Source of the DNA: an uncultured Alteromonadaceae bacterium
GTDB lineage: Bacteria; Pseudomonadota; Gammaproteobacteria; Pseudomonadales; Halieaceae
Direction of reading: 5' to 3'
DNA: 64,000 nt
Assembly: GCA_913064725.1 (NCBI GenBank)
Contig: CAJYAI010000007.1
Span: 9,723-73,722 of the forward strand
Both the position numbers and the translations under genes were made by a program. The notes beneath the pieces were generated by a model. It searched no databases. It worked only from the letters and a program-made list of their open reading frames with translations, and was not told the origin of the DNA. Shown in pieces: positions 30,050 through 40,284 of this stretch; the first letter of the stretch is position 1, and each line of letters starts with the position of its first letter.

Positions 30050-30653
30050 GCCTCGCCTCGGTATCGTCATTTTAGCGGCGGGCGAGGCGCGTCGATTTGG
30101 ATCCTGTAAACAACTCGCTCTGTTTCAGGGAAAACCCCTCCTTCAGCACGTGATTGAGGAGGCCATGAGCCTAGAGCACGAGCGTCTTATCGTGGTAACG
30201 GGCAAATATCATGTCGAAATCGATGCGGCACGCGACAGCGGGGTGATCGATCAGGTTGAACTCGTCAATAATCCCAACTGGTCCGTTGGCATGAGTAGTT
30301 CCATCGCCCTCGCAACCTCGATCCTCCTCGACAACTGCGATCAACTACTTCTTTTGTTGGCTGATCAGATTTTAATAACGCGCAACGAACTGACCGATTT
30401 GTTGAAAAACGCGCCCGATGACGGCATGTGTTGCGCGGGTTTCAACGGGACCGTGGGTCCACCCGTCGTCTTCTCAGCCACTCACTTTTCGGCACTCAAG
30501 AGATTAGATCATCGCGAAGGCGCGAAACACATGCTGCAAGACCCGACAAACCATGTCGTGGTATACCCGATGAAGTCCGCTGCCTGGGATATCGATACGA
30601 CCCAAGACTTAGAGCAGCTATTGGATGTGAGCAGCTACATTTTTACTAATTAA
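30042..30653 (+). CDS. MobA-like NTP transferase, probable molybdenum cofactor cytidylyltransferase (MocA-like)
   Basis: GIVILAAGEARRFGSCKQL N-terminal nucleotide-binding motif. Overlaps xdhC by 8 nt. Confidence 0.7.
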   Translation: MSRPRLGIVILAAGEARRFGSCKQLALFQGKPLLQHVIEEAMSLEHERLIVVTGKYHVEIDAARDSGVIDQVELVNNPNWSVGMSSSIALATSILLDNCDQLLLLLADQILITRNELTDLLKNAPDDGMCCAGFNGTVGPPVVFSATHFSALKRLDHREGAKHMLQDPTNHVVVYPMKSAAWDIDTTQDLEQLLDVSSYIFTN

Positions 30654-30665
30654 TGGGGCATCGAG

Positions 30666-31520
30666 ATGAGCAACACTCTACAAAAAGAGATGTGGAACGG
30701 TAGAGCAGGCGAGAGTTGGGTAAGACACAACTCGTTGCTGGAACAGCTACTCGCTGAGCCGGGCCGTGAATGCATGAATTTACTACCACTTACCCCGGCC
30801 ATGCAGATTCTCGATGTCGGCTGCGGTTGCGGCAACCAGACACTTGAATTGGCGGCTCGCCTCGATGCGTCAAGTACCGTCATTGGGGTCGATATATCAG
30901 AACCCATGCTCGGACTTGCGAGAGAGCTAAAGGCAGCCAATGACAACGCACTGAGTGCTGAGGTGCAGTTCGCTCTAGGTGATGCTAGTGAGCCCCTATT
31001 CGATGAGGCAAGCTTTGACGCGATATACTCGCGCTTTGGCGTGATGTTCTTTGAGGAGCCCGTGGCGGCTTTTTCTGCGCTCCGAAACAGCCTCAAACCC
31101 GGTGGGAAGCTCGGGTTCGTGTGTTGGCGAAAGCCCAAACTCAACCCATTTTTTAATGCGCCCATGGAAGCGGCTCTGACAGTCTTACCAGCCCCGGCAC
31201 CCTCCTCCCCGGGCGCACCCGGTCCGTTTGGATTAGCCGATGACAATGTGATCCATACAACGCTGAGGTTAGCCGGCTTTAAGGATGTTTCTGTTGCACC
31301 GCTCAATCTCACGCTATCCGTCGGGGCCGAAACACCCTTTGATGCTCTCTTTGAGGAGCTGATACAGATTGGTCCTGCAGCGGCATTGATTGCCCAGAGC
31401 GATCCCTCGCTTAAGGAAAAAGCGCGAGAAGCCGTTTATAACCGATTAACTGATTTCTACGCATCGGGCCAAGGCGTCTCGTTCGATGCTAACTTTTGGT
31501 TGGTCACAGCCCGTAATTAA
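30666..31520 (+). CDS. class I SAM-dependent methyltransferase
   Basis: Motif I ILDVGCGCGNQT. 284 aa. Confidence 0.8.
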   Translation: MSNTLQKEMWNGRAGESWVRHNSLLEQLLAEPGRECMNLLPLTPAMQILDVGCGCGNQTLELAARLDASSTVIGVDISEPMLGLARELKAANDNALSAEVQFALGDASEPLFDEASFDAIYSRFGVMFFEEPVAAFSALRNSLKPGGKLGFVCWRKPKLNPFFNAPMEAALTVLPAPAPSSPGAPGPFGLADDNVIHTTLRLAGFKDVSVAPLNLTLSVGAETPFDALFEELIQIGPAAALIAQSDPSLKEKAREAVYNRLTDFYASGQGVSFDANFWLVTARN

Positions 31521-32872
31521 CCCATTAACATGCCGGTAAGACCCGCACCCTGAGCACTGCCCTCAAAGCTCGACCAATTCGGTAAGACCGACTCTAGGGA
31601 CTCGGGCGCTACCCCCATCCACCTCGAGACCTCCGCATACATCGCATCCGTTGCTGTACTCGGTAGGAAACGACCTCGACCCACATCAAGTGGATTATCT
31701 TCGACTTGCTCGGGGAAGTGTCCATACAGCTGACCACCCTGTACGGCACCACCCATGACCATCGCGTTTCCACCCCAGCCATGATCTGATCCTTTGCCAT
31801 TAGAGGTTAAGGTTCTTCCGAAGTCGGAGATGGTGAAGGTGGTGACTTGGTTTGATAGCCCCAACTCATCCAATGCCGTCTGGAATTGACCAAGGCCCGC
31901 ATCCAGAGCAGGCAGCATCGTCGCTTGCTGGCCAAGGGTGTCCTCGTGATGATCCCAACCGCCAAAGGTCACAAAAAAAGTCTGTCGGCTGACCCCAAGC
32001 TGCTCATGCACGCTGGCAAGTTCGGCGATCCGCTTCATAGCAGACGAGAAAGAATCCTCGGCGAAGGGTGTGCTAATCGCGGTTGCTTGAGAGAGTGCTG
32101 AAGAAAACACATCACCTGCATCCATCGCAGACTGTATTTTATTTCGGTAAACCGTTTGCAAGGTCGAAGCACTGGCATCGACCATCAAGCTTTCGAAGGA
32201 GCGCTTGAAGAGATCATTGTCAAACCCTGAGATTGATTGCACTCCTCGGTTCGCACTGATCGCATAAGAACCTGTGGCCGCACCCGCTTGAAAGGCGTTA
32301 TTTCCCGACAGCGAGATATTACCCGCGAGCGTAAGCCCCGTATTTGAGCCAGGTAACGCATCGATTAATCGTCCGCCGAACCCCGTTCCCGCACGGTTGG
32401 CGGGCGTCGCTGTCTGCCAGCTTAGAATCTGATCGGAGTGCGAGAATAAGCCCAGGGGTAGCGTCACTGTCTCAGCCTCCATGGCACCTCGAGTGGTTGG
32501 CTCAACCAAGGGTCCCACATTGGTTACCATCGTCGCCTGACCCGCGTTGAAGCGCTGTTGCAAACTACGCATTGCTGGGTGCAAGCCAAACTGAACACCC
32601 TCATGCTCTCCATCGAGCGGCAAAAGGTCATTTTGACTAAGTGCTAGATCCGACCGCCTTGCCTGGTAGCGGCTGTAAGCGAGCTCAGAGCGCGGCACCA
32701 ATATATTGAAGCTATCGGCCCCGCCTGCAAGTAATACACAGACAACAGCGCGATACTCCTCCGCCGCAACCGCTCGCGTCGACTGCAAAAGTGAAAACGG
32801 TAAGGTTGTGGCCATGGTCATACTTACCGTACTTCGCAGGCCATTTCTCAGGAAACGTCGTCGATTCATCAT
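31517..32872 (-). CDS. Tat-exported DUF1501 family protein (sulfatase/alkaline-phosphatase-like fold)
   Basis: MMNRRRFLRNG twin-arginine signal. FGGWDHHED and GSDHGWGG motifs as remembered for DUF1501. Start overlaps the upstream stop (ATGATGA). Confidence 0.75.
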   Translation of the reverse strand: MMNRRRFLRNGLRSTVSMTMATTLPFSLLQSTRAVAAEEYRAVVCVLLAGGADSFNILVPRSELAYSRYQARRSDLALSQNDLLPLDGEHEGVQFGLHPAMRSLQQRFNAGQATMVTNVGPLVEPTTRGAMEAETVTLPLGLFSHSDQILSWQTATPANRAGTGFGGRLIDALPGSNTGLTLAGNISLSGNNAFQAGAATGSYAISANRGVQSISGFDNDLFKRSFESLMVDASASTLQTVYRNKIQSAMDAGDVFSSALSQATAISTPFAEDSFSSAMKRIAELASVHEQLGVSRQTFFVTFGGWDHHEDTLGQQATMLPALDAGLGQFQTALDELGLSNQVTTFTISDFGRTLTSNGKGSDHGWGGNAMVMGGAVQGGQLYGHFPEQVEDNPLDVGRGRFLPSTATDAMYAEVSRWMGVAPESLESVLPNWSSFEGSAQGAGLTGMLMG

Positions 32873-34578
32873 AATGTATTCCTCTCAGCTACTGCCTGAT
32901 CGGGCGCACTCAGCGCGAGGTATAAGGCAAGTTTTACGCGATCTGCCGGCGTGGAACTTGCTGCCTCATCGAAGGCTCCTGAAATGACCGCGCGCGTATG
33001 CTCACTCATGGTCCCGGCAAAGAACAATCGTTCGATGCGAGTCAACAGCTCTTCCTTGTCATCTGCCAGACTCACCATTGACGTCAGATCCAATCGCACC
33101 GCTGGCAACTCCGGATTATTGTGCATGGGTCGATCGCCATAGAGGAGTTGGAACATCAAGTTGGTCACTCCAACAATTGTGTCTTCGGTGGTGATCTGCA
33201 TTTCGGGCGAAACCAACCCCTGCCCACCCTGCGGACGATAGAAAGGTGAGTAAAAGTTGAAGACGCTTGGCGCTGTTAGGACCATCTGACCGGTGACGTT
33301 CTGCACAAATAACCCCGTGACTCCAATATCACTCCCCTCAGAGGGCGCGGTATTAAGGGCGCGGTTAGCCGCGATGAATCGGCGAAAAGGCTCTCTTACT
33401 CGAGAGGCATCAGCGACTTCAGGGTCTGTGAGAATGGCGCGTATTACTGCCTGCATATCACCCCGCACACCATTGCCGTTATCGGCAAAAACCGCTGAAA
33501 TTCGACTGACATACTCGGGTGATGGATTTGAAGAGACCAGTCGCTGGATCATTTGTTTGCCAACGAACGGACCGACATTCGGGTGATTAAATAGGTTATC
33601 AACCGCGTCATCGATGTCCTGAATGCCTGTCTGCCCGTCGGGGACCACAAATTCATTGAGCAAATATTTTTCGCCCTGCTCGTGGTAACCGTCGAACATC
33701 ACCATGGGCGCGTGAAGCACAGCTCTGTTGCGCCCGAACTGCGGTTCCTGACCGTCTGCACCAGCATAGGCCAGACCCGTGAAAATCTTGGAGAATTCAC
33801 GAATATCAGTGTTGTCGTAGGTGGGGATTGGCCGGCCATCGGTATCCAATTTCTGGGTACCGTCAGGGTTCAGCTCGTAAATACCGATGGTGAAGAGCTG
33901 CATGACCTCACGGGCGTAATTTTCATCGGGGAAGGTATTGGCATCGGGATCAGTCTTACCGTTGTTGACGTGGCTTAGATAAAAACCCATGGCCGGATGC
34001 AAGGTTACCGCCCGCAATAAATCGCGGTAATTTCCGAAGCTGTGCGTGAGTAACGTGTCGTAGTAACTGGAAAGTCCCAACGGGTTGTTCCCCAGTACGC
34101 CGGTCTGTGAAACGACAAACAGCTGAGTGAGAGCATACGCCGTTACCTGCCTCAGCTGGTCAGGTGCGGTCAGCGCATTTTCGAAAAAAGCAAAGCGGCG
34201 GAAATGCCCAACAGGAATCGGGCTGTCTTGATTATTAAATCCATACTGTGCGGCATAACGGCGAACTATCGGTTCGTGCAGACTAATGGGCATCGAAAAC
34301 TGCTCATCAAGCCATGTATCGACGCCGATCTCAGCCACGGATTCAACATCGCTGTAGCGGGCGCCAAAGGTACCAATATCGAGTATGAGCGCGGCGTCGC
34401 GGTATGCATCGGCGGTTGGCTCAGATGGTCCTGTTGATCCGCCGCCGCCACTGCCACCACCGGCGCCCGAGCCACCACCGCCCGAGCCCGAAGGATCGAC
34501 GGACGCACTGCCCCCGCCTCCGCCACCACAGGCGGACAACAACGACATCAACGCCAAAACAATAACGTAATATTTCAT
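32869..34578 (-). CDS. DUF1800 family lipoprotein with a Gly/Ser-rich linker
   Basis: Start at ATG complement 34578 gives MKYYVIVLALMSLLSAC (lipobox). A roughly 40-aa G/S linker follows. HPNVGPFVGKQMIQRLVSSNPSPEYV resembles the DUF1800 core. Confidence 0.7.
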   Translation of the reverse strand: MKYYVIVLALMSLLSACGGGGGGSASVDPSGSGGGGSGAGGGSGGGGSTGPSEPTADAYRDAALILDIGTFGARYSDVESVAEIGVDTWLDEQFSMPISLHEPIVRRYAAQYGFNNQDSPIPVGHFRRFAFFENALTAPDQLRQVTAYALTQLFVVSQTGVLGNNPLGLSSYYDTLLTHSFGNYRDLLRAVTLHPAMGFYLSHVNNGKTDPDANTFPDENYAREVMQLFTIGIYELNPDGTQKLDTDGRPIPTYDNTDIREFSKIFTGLAYAGADGQEPQFGRNRAVLHAPMVMFDGYHEQGEKYLLNEFVVPDGQTGIQDIDDAVDNLFNHPNVGPFVGKQMIQRLVSSNPSPEYVSRISAVFADNGNGVRGDMQAVIRAILTDPEVADASRVREPFRRFIAANRALNTAPSEGSDIGVTGLFVQNVTGQMVLTAPSVFNFYSPFYRPQGGQGLVSPEMQITTEDTIVGVTNLMFQLLYGDRPMHNNPELPAVRLDLTSMVSLADDKEELLTRIERLFFAGTMSEHTRAVISGAFDEAASSTPADRVKLALYLALSAPDQAVAERNTL

Positions 34579-34922
34579 GGAATGAGGCCGTCCCTGTTTT
34601 CGCGATTTCATTATCCTACGGCACATCGCACGATACCCGTCGATCGAACTCGCACAGTTTTACGCTGGCCAGATCTTTCGCTGCTTGGTCGTGTTATTGC
34701 AATGTGATTCGCAAGATACGAATACCGTCTCATTTTTAGACGGTTGGCAGGCGCATTTGCGCGTCAGACAACCATTGACGCCGCGTGGATCGCCTATTTT
34801 CCTCGTTTCCAGTTATTTATTTACAGGCCCCGTATACTCTCTACCCATTGCGCATCGATCGTTGATCGATCGCTTTAACGCCAATCATTCACACCACAAC
34901 CAACACAGCAGTGGAATCAAGT

Positions 34923-36089
34923 ATGAGCAGAGAATTCGACGTCATCATCTATGGAGCAAGTGGCTTTACCGGCCGCCTAGTGGCTGAGTACATGGGCAAA
35001 ACCTATGGTGACAGTGCTAACTGGGCCATGGCAGGAAGAAATGAAGCGAAACTGGCGGAGGTTAGGGACTTGGTTGGCGCACCCAGCACGACGCCACTCG
35101 TCACGGCCGATGCCAGTGATCCTGAATCACTGCGCGCAATGGTTAAACGGGCGCAGTGCATCTGCACCACCGTTGGCCCCTACCAACTGTATGGCTCTGA
35201 ACTCGTCAGGCTTTGCGCTGAAGAGGGGACACACTACGTCGACCTTTCCGGAGAACCCGGGTGGATGCACGAGATGATTGCCGCGCATAGCGACACGGCG
35301 CGAGAGTCAGGTGCGCGCATTGTTCACAGTTGTGGATTTGACTCCATTCCCTTCGACCTCGGCGTTTACTTCCTCCAAAAAGCTTCGATCACCCAGACGG
35401 GCAAGCCCATGCCGCGTGTGCGGGGTCGGGTGCGCGCAATGAATGGTGAGTTCTCTGGTGGCACGGCGGCGTCGTTAGGCGCCACAATGGCCGCGCTTAA
35501 AACCAACCCCGGTCTCATTAAAGTTCTGGCCAATCCGTTCTCGCTAGCTAACGGGTTCCAAGGGCCTGAACAGCCCTCCGATGCAAAGCCGTACGAGGAT
35601 GACGTCGTGGGTTCATGGGTGGCACCTTTTATCATGGCCCCCATCAATACCAAGAACATTCATCGCTCTAATGCCATGCTAAATCACCTCTATGGCGAAG
35701 ACTTCCAGTACGACGAAATGATGGTGACGGGACCGGGTGAGCAGGGTGCGGCAGTTGCCAAGATGGTGGCGAGTAGCAATCCTCTCGAGGGCGATGATGT
35801 CCCCAAGCCAGGCGAAGGCCCCTCAAAGGAAAGTCGTGAGGCGGGTCACTACGACGTGCTATTCGTGGGTACAAACGATGACGGGGACCGCATCGAGGCG
35901 ACCGTCACCGGCGATATGGACCCGGGGTATGGGTCAACGTCCAAGATGATTGCCGAAAGCGCACTTTGTATCATTCACGACTGCGCAGACTTGCCTGGCG
36001 GCGTTTACACCCCAGCACCTGCCATGGGTGACAAACTCATTGAGCGACTAGTTGCAAAAGCCGGCCTCACATTTGATCTAGGGGCCTAA
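34923..36089 (+). CDS. saccharopine dehydrogenase-like NAD(P)-binding oxidoreductase (trans-acting enoyl reductase-like)
   Basis: FDVIIYGASGFTGRLVAEY Rossmann motif. ATG at 34923 preferred over GTG at 34911. Confidence 0.75.
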   Translation: MSREFDVIIYGASGFTGRLVAEYMGKTYGDSANWAMAGRNEAKLAEVRDLVGAPSTTPLVTADASDPESLRAMVKRAQCICTTVGPYQLYGSELVRLCAEEGTHYVDLSGEPGWMHEMIAAHSDTARESGARIVHSCGFDSIPFDLGVYFLQKASITQTGKPMPRVRGRVRAMNGEFSGGTAASLGATMAALKTNPGLIKVLANPFSLANGFQGPEQPSDAKPYEDDVVGSWVAPFIMAPINTKNIHRSNAMLNHLYGEDFQYDEMMVTGPGEQGAAVAKMVASSNPLEGDDVPKPGEGPSKESREAGHYDVLFVGTNDDGDRIEATVTGDMDPGYGSTSKMIAESALCIIHDCADLPGGVYTPAPAMGDKLIERLVAKAGLTFDLGA

Positions 36090-36099
36090 CGGATCTGAG

Positions 36100-36495
36100 C
36101 TAGCGACTCGTCAACAAGCGGTACTGGGGTAAATCCTCGGCACCGCTCATGACCAGTAGGCCCGCAAAAATAGCCAGATTTTTTACGAAGTTCTGGGTCT
36201 CGTGAGCCTGACTCACACCCTCATAGACGTTCCAAAAGTCGTGCATTCCCATATTAATGATCAGAGTCATTCCTGCGAACATCAGGGCCACGTAGCTAAC
36301 ACGCATCCCAATCATCAACATCACCCCCCCGGCGATTTGAAGAACGATGGTAATCGGGAGAAGCAACTCCGGAGCCGGTATGTTGTGGAGCGACATGTAG
36401 CTTAGAGTATCAGCGTAGCCCACCACTTTCGAAAGGCCGGGAAGAAAGAAATACAGACCGAGCAAAAATCGACCGACGGTTACGGCAAAACTCAT
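36100..36495 (-). CDS. DoxX family small membrane protein
   Basis: 131 aa, four hydrophobic helices. LPGLSKV motif near the N-terminus. Confidence 0.6.
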   Translation of the reverse strand: MSFAVTVGRFLLGLYFFLPGLSKVVGYADTLSYMSLHNIPAPELLLPITIVLQIAGGVMLMIGMRVSYVALMFAGMTLIINMGMHDFWNVYEGVSQAHETQNFVKNLAIFAGLLVMSGAEDLPQYRLLTSR

Positions 36496-36616
36496 TGTTA
36501 TTGTTCTCCATCAATTGTCACCTGCATTAAACACTGGATTTGCTGCTGTTGACACTGAGAGCCCTGGGAGGATCTACAAACGTCGTTCTAACACGAAAAA
36601 AAAACACAGAAAAAAA

Positions 36617-36631
36617 GGGCGCAGAGCGCCC
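36617..36631 (-). terminator. rho-independent terminator after the beta-oxidation operon
   Basis: GGGCGC-AGA-GCGCCC hairpin 21 nt past the stop at 36652, followed on the minus strand by a T-run (plus-strand A-run 36611-36616 and beyond). Confidence 0.75.
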
Positions 36632-36651
36632 TTTTCGTCGATGCATCAGCA

Positions 36652-38796
36652 TCAGATAAATGTTTCGCCTGCAGCGAGCTTTTGAGCAACGATTGCAGGC
36701 GCCTCGAACCGGTCACCATAGGCAACGGTTAACTCGCCACAGCGATCGATGAAATTCTGCAGTCCGTAGGTGTTCACAAACTGCAGGAGGCCGCCCGTCC
36801 AGACCGGCGCGCCAATACCCATGATGGAACCGATATTGCCATCCGCCACACTGCGTAACACACCGGTCTCCAGACACTTTAGTGCTTCGATAACCTGACG
36901 GAAAAGCAAACGCTCTTTGATGTCCTGATCCGACAGTTCGACATCGTCTCGACCGTAGAGATCGGACAGACCTGACCAAACTTCTTTAGAGCCATCTGCG
37001 CCATACTCGTAGAAACCACCCCCATGATAGCGACCACCTCGTCCGTGCTCACTAATCATGGTGTCTACGACGCCGGCCGTGATCGAGCGATCGTCGCCAT
37101 CAATGACGAGACCCATCTCCTTCCAAGTAGCTTGAGCCTTGTGCGATAACTCCAGACTCACCTCGTCGTAAACCGTCAGTGGACCAACTGGCATACCCAC
37201 GGCCTTTCCTAGATTGTCTATGCGCACAGGCTTCACACCCTCCACGAGCATTCGCACGCCTTCATCGAGGTAAGTGCCGAACGTACGCGAGGTAAAGAAT
37301 CCAAGTGAATCATTAACAACGATTGGCGTTTTCTTAATCTGCTTCGTGTAATCAAAGGCTTTAGCAAGTGCGACATCACCGGTCTTGTCACCCATGATGA
37401 TTTCAACCAGCGGCATCTTGTCAACGGGAGAGAAGAAGTGAATACCAATGAAGTTCTCGGCGTTCTGACTCGCCTCCGCTAACTGGGTAATGGGTAGCGT
37501 TGAGGTATTTGAGCCCCAAACACCACCATCGGCGAGACGAGGCTCGAGATCGCGGGTCATCTGGTGCTTCAGCTTCATGTTCTCAAATACGGCCTCGATG
37601 ATCAGATCGCAGCCATCGAGATCCTCATCTGATGCCGTCGGATGAATCAGCGCCAGTACGTCGGCCATTTTCGCAGGCGTCATTCTTCCCTTGTCGACAC
37701 GCTTCTGCAGTAGCGTCTCAGTATAGGCCTTCCCCTTTTCCGCGGCCTCCAAGCTGAGATCTTTCAATACCACCTTGATGCCCACCATCGCCGAGGAGTA
37801 GGCAATGCCCTGCCCCATCATGCCTGCACCGAGTATGCCCACCTTCTCGGTTTTCTGTGGGGGAATATCCTTGGGTCTAGAGGCACCACCATTGATCTTG
37901 TTCATCTGGAAAAAGAACGTATTGATCATATTTTTGGCTTGGGGCGTGAGCGCAAGTTCGGCCAAGCCACGACTCTCAATGCGCATTGCTGTCTCAAAAT
38001 CCACTGTGAGAGCCTGGACTGCAACGTCAAAAATCTTCTCGGGGGCAGGCAACAAACCACGCGTGTTCTTGCGAATCATAGGCGCGCCCATGGTCACCAT
38101 TTGCGCTACCTGTGGGTTGCGGATATTGCCGCCAGGGATTTTGTAGCCCTTTGTGTCCCAAGGCTGAGTTCGTGCAGCCTCGTCGTCCTTGTTATCTATC
38201 ACCCACTGCTTGGCTGCAGCGACCAGCTCATCCTTGTTTTCGACAACAGCATCTATCAAACCTGAGCCCAGTGCCTTCTCTGGAGCAACTCGCTTACCCT
38301 CGACAATGTATTCATTAGCCGCCATCAGGCCCATGAGATAGACCGCCTTCACATTACCGCCGCCGCCCGGCAGCAGACCCAGTGTCACTTCGGGAAAACC
38401 CAGCTGAACACTCCTATGGTTCCAAGCGATCCTGTGATGGCATGAGAGGGCAAGCTCTAAGCCACCACCCAGCGCCGCGCCATTAATGGCGGCACAAACA
38501 GGCGCGTGGAGTTTTTCCAGCCGACGCATTGCCGCCTTGGTAGCACACATTCCATCAAAGAAATCAGCAACCGTATCCTCGGTCACTTCGCACAGCATAT
38601 TGAGATCACCGCCTGCAAAAAATGTGGTCTTACCAGAGGTGAGTACGACCCCTGTTAAGTCCTGCTCAGCCTCCAGCGTCTCTAGCGTCTCCTCGAGGAG
38701 AGGCAAGAATGCCTCACTCATGGCGTTGACCGGACCGTCCATATCCATGGTCACAGTCACGATGTTGTCACTATCTTTCTCGTAATGAAAACTCAT
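36652..38796 (-). CDS. multifunctional fatty acid oxidation enzyme (enoyl-CoA hydratase / 3-hydroxyacyl-CoA dehydrogenase)
   Basis: 714 aa. Crotonase motifs FFAGGDLN and GAALGGGLELAL. NAD-binding VGILGAGMMGQGIA. Confidence 0.9.
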   Translation of the reverse strand: MSFHYEKDSDNIVTVTMDMDGPVNAMSEAFLPLLEETLETLEAEQDLTGVVLTSGKTTFFAGGDLNMLCEVTEDTVADFFDGMCATKAAMRRLEKLHAPVCAAINGAALGGGLELALSCHHRIAWNHRSVQLGFPEVTLGLLPGGGGNVKAVYLMGLMAANEYIVEGKRVAPEKALGSGLIDAVVENKDELVAAAKQWVIDNKDDEAARTQPWDTKGYKIPGGNIRNPQVAQMVTMGAPMIRKNTRGLLPAPEKIFDVAVQALTVDFETAMRIESRGLAELALTPQAKNMINTFFFQMNKINGGASRPKDIPPQKTEKVGILGAGMMGQGIAYSSAMVGIKVVLKDLSLEAAEKGKAYTETLLQKRVDKGRMTPAKMADVLALIHPTASDEDLDGCDLIIEAVFENMKLKHQMTRDLEPRLADGGVWGSNTSTLPITQLAEASQNAENFIGIHFFSPVDKMPLVEIIMGDKTGDVALAKAFDYTKQIKKTPIVVNDSLGFFTSRTFGTYLDEGVRMLVEGVKPVRIDNLGKAVGMPVGPLTVYDEVSLELSHKAQATWKEMGLVIDGDDRSITAGVVDTMISEHGRGGRYHGGGFYEYGADGSKEVWSGLSDLYGRDDVELSDQDIKERLLFRQVIEALKCLETGVLRSVADGNIGSIMGIGAPVWTGGLLQFVNTYGLQNFIDRCGELTVAYGDRFEAPAIVAQKLAAGETFI

Positions 38797-38819
38797 TGTT
38801 TACTGACTCCTAATACCGC

Positions 38820-40028
38820 TCAAACGCGCTCGATTATGGTGGATATGCCCATGCCGCCACCGACACAAAGGGACAGCATGGCGCGCTTCATATTGCGCCG
38901 CTCCAGCTCGTCAATCATGGCACTGACGAGACACCCACCTGTCGCGCCAAGGGGATGCCCCATTGCGATCGAACCACCCACAACGTTGGTTATGTCATGA
39001 CTGATACCGAGGTCTTTCATGTAGCGCAGCGCGACCGATGCAAATGCCTCGTTGATCTCCCACAGATCAATATCCGCAGCGCTTAAACCAGCTTTCTGGA
39101 GGCACTTTTTTGCCGCGGGACCCGGGCCGGTAAGCATAATAATAGGATCGGTCGACAGAACAGTCGTCGCAACAACGCGAGCGCGAGGCGTCAAACCCAA
39201 GTCATTTCCCGCTTTTTCACTGCCGATAAGCACCGCGCTGGACCCGTCAACAATACCCGATGAATTACCCGGGGTATGGACATGCTCCACCTTCGTATAC
39301 TCGTTGTATTTTGCCAGTATGACGTCATCGAAGCCCATTTGACCGGGGACCTCAAACGAGGGCTTGAGCCGCGCCAACCCCTCCATAGTGGTGCCGGGCT
39401 TGATGAAATCGTCTCGATCTAAGATTGTAATACCTGACGCATCCTTCACAGGCACTACCGACTGATCAAACCACCCGTTATCGCGCGCGTGGGCCGCGCG
39501 CCGTTGCGACTCGACGGCGTAGGCATCGACATCTTCGCGCGTATAGCCATCAATTGTGGCAATCATATCCGCCCCGATTCCTTGAGGGACGAAGCCGGTT
39601 TTTAATGCAAATGCCGGGTCGGACGCCATGGCGCCACCATTAGATCCCATCGGAACGCGAGACATGCACTCGATGCCCCCAGCAACAACAAGGTCGTCCC
39701 AGCCTGAGGCCACTTTCTGGGCCGCTGTATTAACGGCCTCAAGCCCTGACGCACAAAAGCGATCAAGTTGAACGCCCGGCACCGATTCGTCCCAGTCAGC
39801 GTTCTGAACAATCATCTTGGTGATGTCTGAGCCCTGCTCACCAATGGGGGTGACACAGCCCATGACAACGTCATCAACGTAGCTGGTGTCGAGGTCGTGC
39901 CGAGACTGAAGCGCTCTGAGCAGACCGGCGCCCAGATCAACGGGCTTGACTTCGTACAGTGTGCCGTCCTTTTTCCCCTTACTTCTGGGAGTACGAATCG
40001 CGTCAAAGATATAAGCTGCGTGAGGCAT
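38820..40028 (-). CDS. acetyl-CoA C-acyltransferase (3-ketoacyl-CoA thiolase)
   Basis: Active-site [22 protein letters not shown] and C-terminal CVGGGMG motifs. Confidence 0.9.
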   Translation of the reverse strand: MPHAAYIFDAIRTPRSKGKKDGTLYEVKPVDLGAGLLRALQSRHDLDTSYVDDVVMGCVTPIGEQGSDITKMIVQNADWDESVPGVQLDRFCASGLEAVNTAAQKVASGWDDLVVAGGIECMSRVPMGSNGGAMASDPAFALKTGFVPQGIGADMIATIDGYTREDVDAYAVESQRRAAHARDNGWFDQSVVPVKDASGITILDRDDFIKPGTTMEGLARLKPSFEVPGQMGFDDVILAKYNEYTKVEHVHTPGNSSGIVDGSSAVLIGSEKAGNDLGLTPRARVVATTVLSTDPIIMLTGPGPAAKKCLQKAGLSAADIDLWEINEAFASVALRYMKDLGISHDITNVVGGSIAMGHPLGATGGCLVSAMIDELERRNMKRAMLSLCVGGGMGISTIIERV

Positions 40029-40284
40029 AAAGCATCTCCATTTGCCGACATTAGCGGCTTTGCTGAATTGAACGGCCGCTACAGTGCCAAAGAAGATCGC
40101 AAAAATCGATTGTTTATCGCGAATAGTTGAACTCAGAGTATGTTTTTTTAACGCCGAGGATGTCTCGTTGCATGCCCAAGCGCATCGAGGCTCTTTGGCG
40201 CGACCGCGTCGTGCAGCAAAAAGACTGGCTATAAAATACGAAAGTGCTTGTGCCTCACACCGACATGCGTGCTAATGACTGGCT

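Noticed and set aside
30650-31312. 220-aa ORF antisense to the methyltransferase gene
   Set aside because: It is a shadow ORF in GC-rich coding DNA. The plus-strand ORF has a clear SAM-binding motif, while the antisense product is low-complexity (A/S/G/P-rich).
34385-34570. Pro-rich 61-aa plus-strand ORF (PPPPLPPPAPEPPPPEPE)
   Set aside because: It is the antisense translation of the Gly/Ser linker of the DUF1800 lipoprotein, not an independent gene.
36652-40028. Naming the beta-oxidation pair fadBA or fadIJ
   Set aside because: The thiolase-first order and the 714-aa length resemble fadIJ. Sequence-level assignment to either E. coli paralog pair cannot be made by eye, so the symbols are left blank.
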